Source: Candidatus Eremiobacteria bacterium (lineage in GTDB: Bacteria; Vulcanimicrobiota; Vulcanimicrobiia; Vulcanimicrobiales; Vulcanimicrobiaceae). From it: a stretch of 64,000 bases of DNA. The stretch spans positions 1,152,001 through 1,216,000 of the forward strand of contig CAVWUU010000004.1 of NCBI GenBank assembly GCA_963758295.1. The letters run 5' to 3'. Of the stretch, positions 1 through 9,664 are shown piece after piece. Position 1 is the stretch's first letter. Each line of letters starts with the position of its first letter. The notes under the pieces were generated by a model. The model was not told the origin of the DNA. It did not search any database and saw only the letters and a program-made list of their open reading frames with translations. The position numbers and the translations under genes were made by a program.

Positions 1-915
1 CGTTTGCGAAAAGAGCGCGCCGCGCCGTGACGTCTTCGAATGGCGAATAGCGCCGACGCGGTAGCCTTCGCCGTTCACGCCTTGCGTGTGCGCTCCGATG
101 AAGTCCCATTCATCCGCTCCGCGGGGTACGCCGAAGGTTATCCCTTGGTTGAAAGCGCCGCTGGAAAGCTGCGTGTCCGAGGGTCCGTTAACCGGGCCAT
201 AGTTGACCAGGTACTGCGGCGTGCTGTAGCCGACGCTGATCTGCGCGGCGTTGTACGCGCCGTTGAAGTCGCCCAGTGCCTGCGAGACGACGAACGACGA
301 TTGATCGGTGCGGCGCGAGACCGAGAAGTTCATCGCCAAACCGACCTGGTTTTGCGAGCTTACCAAGTTGCTGTTTTGAACGTGATGCGCGCCCACGTCG
401 ACAGCCCCCGTGCCGGAAAACTCAACGGGGCCGCTTCCGAAAAGGCGATGGTGTTCGGACGGGCAGGGCGCGAGACTGGGAGCAGCTGAGGGCGTCTCGA
501 CGGGAGCCGGTGTGGGGGTCGGCTCCGGAGTCGACAGATTTTCGCTCGGAGCGAAGACGGGATAGGTTTGAAGCTGCTGCGGGGCGCGCGCAGTCGAGCT
601 TGGCACAGGCGTGGGACTTTGCGGGGGAAGCGTCGCGATCGGGACGTTTGCAGCTACATCGGTTGGACCCGGGACCGGACGAGGACGGTCGTTTCCGGGC
701 GGGATGGACGTCTGGGGAGCCGGTTCCGGGCTTGCGCCGGGCGACGGCGAGGCGTTCGGCGCAGCAGCGGGCGGCGGCGACGGAGCTGCATCGAATGAAG
801 GAACGCACGGGTCGGCAAGCGCGACCATAGCCGGGTTCCCACTAGAAACCAGCCCAAGCCCACTCAAAGATAAAGCCATAACCAGCAGGCCTAGAGCCTG
901 CAGTACGCGCGCCAT
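1..915 (-). CDS. Secreted/outer-membrane hypothetical protein, N-terminal part only (runs off the left edge; absent from the ORF track)
   Basis: Manual translation from ATG at 915 is stop-free to position 1: signal-like MARVLQALGLLVMALSLSGLGLVSSG, a Pro/Ser/Thr-rich linker, then a Gly/aromatic beta-strand-like region (VEFSGTGAVDVG...ISVGYSTPQYLVNYGP). Confidence 0.7.
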   Translation of the reverse strand, partial: MARVLQALGLLVMALSLSGLGLVSSGNPAMVALADPCVPSFDAAPSPPPAAAPNASPSPGASPEPAPQTSIPPGNDRPRPVPGPTDVAANVPIATLPPQSPTPVPSSTARAPQQLQTYPVFAPSENLSTPEPTPTPAPVETPSAAPSLAPCPSEHHRLFGSGPVEFSGTGAVDVGAHHVQNSNLVSSQNQVGLAMNFSVSRRTDQSSFVVSQALGDFNGAYNAAQISVGYSTPQYLVNYGPVNGPSDTQLSSGAFNQGITFGVPRGADEWDFIGAHTQGVNGEGYRVGAIRHSKTSRRGALFSQT

Positions 916-974
916 GCTCCTAAAGGGTTCGGCGGGCGGGCCGAACATTTACACTCGGCGGCCCATCGGCGGGT

Positions 975-1001
975 TGAATGTTTACGATGTTTGGCCGATA
1001 G
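975..1001 (+). promoter_or_regulatory. Sigma28 (FliA/SigD)-type promoter of flagellin
   Basis: TGAA-N15-GCCGATAG versus consensus TAAA-N15-GCCGATAA, about 185 nt upstream of flagellin. Confidence 0.75.
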
Positions 1002-1007
1002 TTAATC

Positions 1008-1092
1008 CAAGGGAAACCGGCACATGGAGCGTGCAGGGAAGCCCTATTAAAGAAACTCCAAGGATGGAGGAATACTTGCTGGACATGGATGT
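1008..1092 (+). promoter_or_regulatory. Cluster of putative CsrA/RsmA sites in the flagellin leader
   Basis: Repeated ANGGA, several in hairpin loops: GCAC-ATGGAGC-GTGC (1020-1034), CTCCA-AGGA-TGGAG (1056-1069), ACA-TGGA-TGT (1083-1092). Confidence 0.6.
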
Positions 1093-1185
1093 GCTGTTCA
1101 AAGCGCATCGCGTAAGGCGGAAATCGTGGGGAGGATCGGTTTCGATCACCTCTGTTTCGCCTTGTCCGAAGGCTGAGGTGCAATA

Positions 1186-2421
1186 ATGCAGCTCGGTCCT
1201 CTAGACTATTCCGGCAACGTGCTCCTCAACTTCGATACAAATGAATCGAAGTTAGGCGACCTTTCCAAGCAGCTCTCGTCGGGACTCCGCATCAATTCAG
1301 CGGCCGACGATCCGAGCGGCTACACGATGGCCACGCACATGCAAACCGTGAGCGAAGGATTAGACCAGGGCCAGCAGTCGGTTCAAAACGCAAAGAATCT
1401 CTTGACCGTCGCTGATAGCGCGATGGGAACGATTACCGAGATCCTCCAGCGGATGCGGTCGCTTGTCGTCGAGGCGAACTCGGACTTGAACTCGCCGCAA
1501 GATCAGAAGAATCTTCAAACGGAGATCGATCAGCTTACTCTCGAGATCAATCGCATTTCGCAAAATACGAACTTCAACGGCAAGCCGCTGCTCGACGGAA
1601 GCCTGTCGAACGCGCAGACGCAGCCCGCGAAGCTTCTGTATCCGTCTAACCCGGCCGTCGGGTCCAGCGGCAAAACGTTGATCGATCTCCCGAGCACCTT
1701 CGTGAGCGCGACGGCCGAAGAGGCGCAGTTCAGCTTCTCGGTCGATTCCTACGATGCGACGACGAATCAGCTGCAGGTAACGTTCACCGTTTCCAGCCCG
1801 GATCCGAGCTTCGGGCCGACGCAGCAAAACGTCGTTCACGTGACGCCCGGTAACAACTACTTCGATGAGTTCGGCGCGGGCTCGAACCCGTATTACGTCT
1901 ACGACAACAATGGGAACCCGGTATTCGACTTCAACTTCAACGCGCTTAGCGCGACCGACGTCGGCAAGACCGCCGTCGGCGTAACGGTGCCGCAGCAGAT
2001 GGGCACCAACGGGCATGCGCTTGAAGTGAACACGGGAACCGGCGAGGGATCCATCGTCGCGGTTTCGATCGGCGCAATGGATACGTTGCATTTGGGCGTC
2101 AACCAAATCCAGGTCGGCGACCTTCTGATGAATCAAGGTTCGGAAGCGCGTATCGATAACGCGCTCGACACCATCACCTCCACGCAGGCCGACCTGGGCG
2201 CGCAAGAAGTGTCGCTCGGTTACGCCGCGGACAACGCGGCGACGCAAGAAGTAAATCAAACCGCAAGCGAAAGCTCGATCCGTGACGCGGATATCGGCGC
2301 AACCGTTACGGCGTTCACGAAAGAACAGATTCTCGTCAGTGTCGGCACCAGCGTTCTGTCGCAAATGCAAGTCAGCACGCTGTCGCTCGCCAAAATGATG
2401 ATCAGCGCCTTCGGCGGCTAA
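1186..2421 (+). CDS. fliC: Flagellin family protein
   Basis: LSSGLRINSAADDPSG, NTNFNGKPLLDG and C-terminal ASESSIRDADIG motifs. Confidence 0.88.
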   Translation: MQLGPLDYSGNVLLNFDTNESKLGDLSKQLSSGLRINSAADDPSGYTMATHMQTVSEGLDQGQQSVQNAKNLLTVADSAMGTITEILQRMRSLVVEANSDLNSPQDQKNLQTEIDQLTLEINRISQNTNFNGKPLLDGSLSNAQTQPAKLLYPSNPAVGSSGKTLIDLPSTFVSATAEEAQFSFSVDSYDATTNQLQVTFTVSSPDPSFGPTQQNVVHVTPGNNYFDEFGAGSNPYYVYDNNGNPVFDFNFNALSATDVGKTAVGVTVPQQMGTNGHALEVNTGTGEGSIVAVSIGAMDTLHLGVNQIQVGDLLMNQGSEARIDNALDTITSTQADLGAQEVSLGYAADNAATQEVNQTASESSIRDADIGATVTAFTKEQILVSVGTSVLSQMQVSTLSLAKMMISAFGG

Positions 2422-2460
2422 TCCGCCGGGGTTGACCCCCGCCTCTATACTTAATATGGA

Positions 2461-2628
2461 TACCTCGCTAGGTGAGGCGTCCACGCGATACACAGGCCGC
2501 TGCCCAGAAACGTCGAGAGACGCCAAGTGGGTAGACCAGACTCCGCCGAGCTAAGGCGATGTCTAACGCGGCTGACGGGTTCCAACGGGCTCGTCTACGA
2601 TGCGTGGTGCCAAAGCTCGACGATGGGG
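2461..2628 (+). ncRNA. M-box (ykoK) Mg2+ riboswitch
   Basis: Conserved blocks TAGGTGAGGC, GCTGCCCAGAAACGTCGAGAGACGCCAA..TGGGT, TAAGG, GTGCCAAAGCTC-ACGA; lies upstream of Mg transport genes. Confidence 0.9.
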
Positions 2629-2659
2629 TACGAACGCTACGCCGTTCTTCTCTATTCGT

Positions 2660-2690
2660 GCCGGCCGCCAGCGAGGCGGACGGCTTTTTT
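2660..2690 (+). terminator. Intrinsic terminator, expression platform of the M-box
   Basis: GCCGgCCGCC-agcga-GGCGGaCGGC followed by TTTTTT. Confidence 0.75.
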
Positions 2691-2719
2691 GTTTGCGGTT
2701 TTCGAAGGGGGTGACAGCG

Positions 2720-4041
2720 ATGGGTTTTACCGAGGGCTTCATTTCCGAACTCGTCGGCCGCGAGGCGACCGTCAACGATTTTCCGATCGGCAAAGTCAGC
2801 GATTTTCTCGTGCAACAAGCCCGACGACGTGTTTCCGCGCATCGACGGACTCGTCATTAAAACCGCGCAAGGGCTCGCGTTTCGCTCCGATCGATACCGT
2901 CGCCGAGCGTCGACGACGCACGGCACCATCGCGCTCACGCGTCGCGCCCGCCGAGCCCGCCCCGCCCGAGCGACGAGTCGCTGTATCTCGTCGCCGATTT
3001 GCTCGACAAGCAGATCGTCGACGTCGACGGCCGCAAAGTCGTGCGCATCAACGACCTCGAGATCGCGCGCACCGGCGACGCACTTCGCGTCGTCGCCGCC
3101 GACGTCGGCGTGGCCGGCCTGCTGCGCCGGCTGGGCCTGAAATCGTTCGGTAAACGTTTCACGCCGGCAATCTACCGCGCGCGTTCCGCGCTCGATGATC
3201 GCCTGGGACTCCGTCTCGCCGATCCGCGACGCCAATCCGTCGCAAGTGCAGCTCTCGGTGACCGAGAGCAAGCTCTCGCGGCTGCATCCCTCGGAACTCG
3301 CCGAAATCATCAGCGATCTTTCGGCGCGCGAAGCGGCGGCGGTCGTGAAGCAGCTCGACGACGAGACGGCGGCCGACGCCTTCGAACATCTCGACGCCGA
3401 AACGCAGCGCTCGCTCATCGAAGACATCGGAACCGAGCGCGCCGCCGACATCATCGAGGAGATGGACTCCGACGACGCGGCCGATTTGCTCGCCGAGCTT
3501 GACGAAGACCGGCAATCCGAACTGCTCGCCGAAATGAACGAGTACACCGCAAGCGAACTTCGCGAACTCGTCAAGTACGACGAAGATACGGCCGGCGGCA
3601 TGATGACGACGGACTACTTCGTGGATTTACCCGCACCGCACCACCGAAGCGACGATTCGCAAGATCCGCGAGATCGCCCCGGAGTCCGAGTTCATCTACT
3701 ACTTCTACGTCGTCGACAAGCAGGATACGTTGCTCGGGCGTTCTCGCTTCGCACGCTGCTGCTCGCGCTTCCCGACTGCCTTCATCGACCGCATCATGGA
3801 GACCGATATCGTGACCGTGCGTCCGGATGCCGAGGCCGAAGAAGTCGCGGCAACGATCGCGCGCTACGACTTGCTCGCGGTCCCGGTCGTCGACGAGCAC
3901 GGAAAGATGCTCGGCATCGTCACCGTCGACGACGCGATCGACGCCATCATGCCGGAGGACTTCGCCGGAAGCTGCCGCACTTCACGGCTAAGCGCCGAGC
4001 ACCGGTCGCGGCTCGATGCCGTAACGGTGGCTAAGGCGTGA
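2720..4041 (+). CDS. Soluble MgtE-related protein (PRC-barrel-like + MgtE N-domain + CBS pair); frameshifted in this assembly
   Basis: Fragments LLDKQIVDVDGRKVVRIND, LHPSELAEII..EEMDSDDAADLL, TAGGMMTTDY, ARYDLLAVPVVDEHGKMLGIVTVDDAID; no transmembrane domain seen. Confidence 0.8.
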
Positions 4042-5342
4042 TCGGCGCGCCACCGCGCAAGCGATCGCTCTGGCGATCGCTCCTGCTGATCTTCTGCCGT
4101 GCTCGGGCCGGGTTTCGTTACGGCTTCGGCGGGCAACGACGTCGGCGGCATCGCCACGTATTCGGCGGCGGGAGCGCAATTCGGCTACAGCATCATTTGG
4201 GTGCTCGTTCCGCTTGCCGTTGCGCTGATCGTCGTGCAAGAGATGTCGACGCGCATGGGGTGCGTTACCGGCAAGGGCCTCGCGGCACTTTTCCGCGAGA
4301 ACTTCGGCGTCAAGCATTTCGTTCCTCGCGATGCTCGTGCTGTTCCTCATCAATACGTTGATCACGTCGACGGAGTTCGCCGGCATCGCGGCGGCGTCGG
4401 AGATCTTTCATGTCTCCGCGCTACATCGCGGTCCCGCTTGCATTGCTCTTGCGTTTTCTTCTTCGTCCTGCGTTTCAACAACAAGATCGTCGAGCGCACG
4501 TTCGTCGTGCTTTCGCTCATCTATCTCACGTACATCGTTTCCGCGGTCCTGGCACACCCCGACTGGCACGCGGTGCGCACGGCACGTTCGTTCCCAGTTT
4601 CAGTTGCGCACGGCCGGATGGCTCACCATGGTGGTCGGCGATCATCGGCACGACGATCTCGCCGTACATGCAATTCTTTCTTCAGTCCGCCGTCGTCGAA
4701 AAAGGTTCGCGCGCCGAAGATCTGACGCTCGCGCGCATCGACGTCATCAACGGATCGCTTCTGGCGATCGCGCTCGCGGGCTTCATGATCATCGCCAACG
4801 CCGCGACGATTACGTCGCAAACAAACACGGCGCCCATCTGCATCCGCAACAGGCCGCCGATTTCGCGGTCGCGCTCAAGCCGCTCGCCGGACCGCTTGCC
4901 GAGGTCATCTTCGCATTAGGTATTCTCAACGCCGGGCTATTTACCGCGACGGTGCTGCCGCTTTCGACGAGCTACATCATTTGCGAAGCGCTCGGATTCG
5001 AAGCCGCCATCGACCGCAAGTTCTCGCGAAGCGCCGGTCTTCTTCACGCTCTTCGCAGCGGGTCTGGTCATCGGCGCGGCGTTCGTGCTGATTCCGGGCA
5101 TCTCCGTTGCTGCAGCTGATTCTTTTCGCGCAGGTGCTGCAAGGGCATTCTGCTTCCATGCCGAACTCGTGCTGATGCTGATCATCATCAACCGCAAGAG
5201 CGTGATGGGCGAGCACACAAATTCGCCGCTCGCCAACGCCATCGCCTGGGCGACGGTCGTGATCGTCGGCGGTGCTCTCGCTGCTCTACGTCGCGGGACA
5301 GTTCATTCCGCGGCTGCTCGGCGGCTAGCGCTTCTTCGTTAG
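4038..5342 (+). CDS. Nramp-related divalent metal (probably Mg2+) transporter; frameshifted
   Basis: LGPGFVTASAGNDVGGIATYSAAGAQFGY, VQEMSTRMGCVTGKG, IIGTTISPYMQFFLQS. Confidence 0.8.
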
Positions 5343-7134
5343 ACTGCTTTCGCGCCGATTCTTGGTTGGCAAAGCACCAGCGATTGCGGCCTCCGCGCTT
5401 CGCGCGATAAAGCGCGCGATCCGCCGCTTCCATCAGCGCTTCGATGGTGTGAGCCGTCGCGAGGGATACAGCGCGATGCCGATGCTGGTGCGTACGTCGT
5501 GCGGCGCGCCGTTCTACGACGACCGGCTCCTGCATGGCGACGTTCAGTTTACGCGCGAGATCGGCTGCATCGCTCGGCCCGTCGACGACCGGTTGCAAGA
5601 TGACGAACTCGTCGCCGCCGAAACGCGCGACCGTGTCGCTTTCGCGCAGCGTGGACGCAAGCGGCGCGCGACTTCCTTTGAGACGGCGTCGCCACGGTGT
5701 GGCCGTAGCGGTCGTTGACGCTCTTGAAGTCGTCGATGTCGAGGTACATCACGCGCGAAATCCGCGCTGGTAGCGTCGCGCCGTCGCCAGCGTGTGCTCG
5801 ATGCGATCGTTGAAGAGCACGCGGTTCGGCAAGCCGGTCAGCGCGTCGTTGAAGGCCAGCTGCTCGATGCGCTCGCGCTGATCGGCGCGCTCGAGCGCCG
5901 CCGCGACGAAAAGCGCCATCAGTTGAAGCAGGTCGCGCTCGCGCGAATCCATGCCCCGCTCGCGGCATGACGCCCGACAAAGACCAGCGCACCGAATGGC
6001 GAATCGCCGACCGACAGCCTGACTGCAAAGTACGAGCGCCACGGCGCGGTGCGCGCGCGCGGGATCGTGCCGCCACGTCCGGCGCGTCGAGATCGGGGAT
6101 GAAGAGCGTAATCCGCTTCGCCGCGCAACATGCCGCGACAACGAGATTGCATCGGGTAGAGCATGCCCTGCGCTGTACCGGCGTTTCGCCCGACGCCGTT
6201 GCGGATGTGCAAGTGGCTCGCCTTGAAACTGCGTGACATAGCCTGCATCGAAACCGAACAGCTCTAGGCCCAAGCGCAAGCGTCGCACCGATCTGTTCGT
6301 CGACGGATTCGCCGCGCGAGGCGGCAACCAGGTACAGGCGGCGGATTTGGTCGCCGCTGCGTCGCGATCGCGCGCTCCGCGGCTTTCTGCGCCGCCACGT
6401 TTTTGAAGATCGCGTAGGCGCCGCTGACTTCATCGCCGCACGTGAAGCGGCACGAGTTTCATCTGCACGTCGATGCGGTTGCCGAGGCGGTCGAGCAGCA
6501 GCGAGTCGTGTTCGGCCGCTTCGCCGCGCATCGCGCCGCGCAGCGCTTCGTCGGCGTCGAGCGCGGAATTCCGGCGCAACGAGTTCGGTCCACGCGTTTG
6601 CCGACGAGCTGCTCGCCGTAAAAACCCGGTTTCGCTTTCCAAGCGCCACGTTGACGCGCGAGATCGCGCCGCTGCTCTTCAGCTCCATGATCGCCGTCGG
6701 GATGGTACTCGAAGAGCGAGCGGAATTTCTCTTGATTGATCGTGAGCGACTCTTCGGCCGACCGCAGCGCCACGATGTCGCGCGCTTGCGCGAAAACGCC
6801 GACGAGTTCGACCGCCGAAGCGCGCCGGAAACACATAGCATTCGATCGGAATCGATCGATGCCGTCTTTATGACTGAGCGCTGCTCTCGAAGTGATCTGT
6901 TCCGCCGGCGAGCGCCGTCTGAACGGCGCAGTTCGACCCGATCTAGATCACTCGGCGATCGAGGTGATCGCGAAATGACGTTCCGCGCGAATTCTTCAGC
7001 CGACATAGCCGGCGAGCAGCCGCGCCGCATCGTTGGCGGAAATGACGGTACCGCGCGCGTCGTACAGACAGACCGCGTCGGGCGTATCCTTAAAAAGCGA
7101 GGCAACGGCCTCGCGCAATCAGTTCGTTGTCCAT
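5339..7134 (-). CDS. PAS/GAF-sensor diguanylate cyclase (GGDEF); frameshifted
   Basis: LAFNDALTGLPNR, MYLDIDDFKSVNDRYGH, RFGGDEF (~5600-5625), AADRALYRAKRGGRNR; PAS-like KFRSLFEYHPD. Confidence 0.8.
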
Positions 7135-7148
7135 CGCTCGAAGAACCG

Positions 7149-8357
7149 ATGGACTCCTTCGCCGAAAGCAGCCGCATGACTCCCGACGCGGATCGTCGAG
7201 TTCGCCGAAGGACTTGGCGCGCGTCGCCGCTGCCGGAGGCGGATGCACAGCGCTGGCCGCGCATTTGGCGCAAGCGGCGAGCGGCGGAGTATTGCTCGAA
7301 GACGCGCAGTGGCGGCATATCACGCGGCCGGCAACGGCTTCGACGCCTCCGAGCGCCCGGGATCTATCGCGGCCGTGAGCGTCGAAGAGCGGCGGCCGCG
7401 GGCGCATGGAAACGGCCGGCACGGCGAAAGCTTTCCGGTCCTCGCCGGGGCGCTGCGCTCGGATGGCTTTCGTTCTTTCCGGAACATGGGCCGCGACCCG
7501 GCGATTCCCCGCTCGCTGCGCCTGACCGCTGCGGCAGTCGCGGTAGAACTCTCGCGAAGCGATCGCCGGACGGCCCGGGCCGTCGCCAAAACTTTTGGGA
7601 ACGGCTCGCTCGGCGGCGCTTACGCGACACGCATGCCGTTCGAGACGACGCGGCCGCACGAGGCATAGCGTTCGCGCCGCACTACGTGGTCGTGGCCCTG
7701 GAACCGGAGTCCCCGAGAGCGGAAGCGATACCGGCCTCGCACGCTGCGCGCGCTCGCAGCCGAATCGTTCCTGCGACCGACACCGAGATCGGCGTCGTCG
7801 AACGCGGCACGCGCGCTGTTGATTCTTCGTACCCGCAGCGCGGGAGATCGACGCCGACAACGCGCGTACGGCCGCGACGCTTCTGCCGAAAACGCCGCGA
7901 AGCGAAAGCTGGCGTTGCGTGTTTCCGGCGGCGTCGGTTCAACGGTTCCAACGCTCGACGTTCCACGCGGCGTCGCCGCCGCGGAAGCGGCCCTCGCGAT
8001 CACCCGCCGCATCTACGGACCGAGCACGCGTCGCGGCGTACGAGGACCTCGGCGTCTATCCGCTGCTGTTCGAAGGCGCGTCCGTAGCGGCGCTGGACGA
8101 GTTCGCACGCGCGATGCTCGCGCCGCTGCGCGCATACGACGACAAACACCAAACCGAACTCGAACGGACTCTGCGGCTGTACTTCGCCGAGTCGGGCAGA
8201 ACGTCAAGACAGCTTCGAACGACTCAACGTCCACCGGCACACCGTCTTCTACCGTCTGCGCCAGATCGCGCGAAATCGCGGGCCGCGCGCTCGAAAGCCC
8301 CACGATCAACTCACTCTTCGCCTAGCGATTGCGATCGATGCACTCCACTACCCATGA
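7149..8357 (+). CDS. PucR/CdaR family transcriptional regulator; frameshifted
   Basis: YEDLGVYPLL..LAPLRAYDDKHQTELERTLRLYF followed by HTH LNVHRHTVFYRLRQI. Confidence 0.8.
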
Positions 8358-9664
8358 ACCGCGACGCGCCGCAGAACAAGCGCGACGCCTCAAATTCGCC
8401 AAGGAGCGCAACGTGCGTTTCGTGCGCTTGGTGTTCGCCGACATCTTCGGCGTCAGCAAGAACGTCTCCATTCCGGTCAACGGAACTCGAAGCGGCGTTC
8501 GACGGACGCGTGACGTTCGACGGCGGCTCCATCGACGGATTCGTGCGCGGCGAAGAACTAGACATGGTGTTGCGGCCGGATCCCGCCACTTTCGCGCTCT
8601 ATCCCTGGTCGCGCGATGATGCCGGCGAAGCGCGCCTGATCTGCAACATCGCGATGCCGGACGGATCGCCGTTCGAAGGCTGCCCCCGCACGACGCTGCA
8701 GCGTGCCGATCGAAGGCATCGCGCCAGCGATTGCCGCGATTTGCGAATCGGCCTGGAATCGGAGTTTTATCTCTTCGAACGGCGTGAAACGGCGTTCGGT
8801 TCGACGGAGACGTCCGACGTCGGCTCGTACTTCGATTTCTCCGCGAACGATAGGGGTGAGGACGGCGCGCAACGCGATCGTCGCGGCACTGCAGTCGATG
8901 GGAATTCGCGTCGCTTCGGCGCACCACGAGCACGGCGCGGGGCAACACGAGATCGATCTTCGCGTACGAAGATCCGCTCGCGGCAGCCGACAACGTGTTG
9001 ACGCTTCGCACGATCGCGAAGCACGTCGCCGCGCAGATTCGGACTCGAAGCGACCTTCATGCCGAAGCCGCTTGAAGACGAGCGCCGGCAGCGGACTGCA
9101 CGTGGAATTCGTGCTCGGCGAAGGCGCCGACGAAGAGACGATGCTCTACGTCGTCGGCGGACTGCTCGCCCACGCGCCAGCGGCCACCGCCATCTGCAAT
9201 CCGACAGTGAACTCCTATAAACGCCTGGTCGCCGCTTGGGATGCGCCGATTTACACGGTTTGGTCGCGAACGCAGCGCGAACGCGTTCGTGCGCGTACCG
9301 CCTGCCGAGCGACCGCGACACATCGAGATGCGCAGCCCCGATCCCGCCTGCAATCCGTATCTCGCGCTTTCGGTGCTCATCGGTTCGGCGCTCGACGGCG
9401 TGGATCGCGCGCACGCTGCCGGGACACGCGTTTGCCGGTTCGACGTACGACCTTACCGAACGCGACCGCCACGAGCGCGGCATCGGCACGTTGCCGAAGT
9501 CGTTACGGCAAGCCATCACCGAATTCGACGGCGACGCGGTCGTGCGCGCGACGCTCGGCGATCATCTCTATCACGCGTTCCGCGATGCCAAGCTCGCCGA
9601 ATACGAACAATACCGCCGCGCCGTCCACTTGTGGGAGCACCGCGCGTACCTGCGTCTGTACTAA
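8354..9664 (+). CDS. Glutamine synthetase family protein with atypical active-site residues; frameshifted
   Basis: FDGGSIDGFVRGEELDMVLRPD, HHEHGAGQHEID, NPTVNSYKRLV, IEMRSPDPACNPYLA. Confidence 0.8.

Noticed and set aside
40..1186. Plus-strand ORFs 40-489, 276-830 and 611-1186
   Set aside because: They are antisense shadows of the minus-strand gene at 1-915; only the last 36 codons of 611-1186 are kept as a speculative leader ORF.
5549..8087. Long Arg-rich ORFs 5549-7318 (-) and 6651-8087 (+) as novel proteins
   Set aside because: They are GC-rich off-frame mosaics of the frameshifted cyclase and PucR genes.
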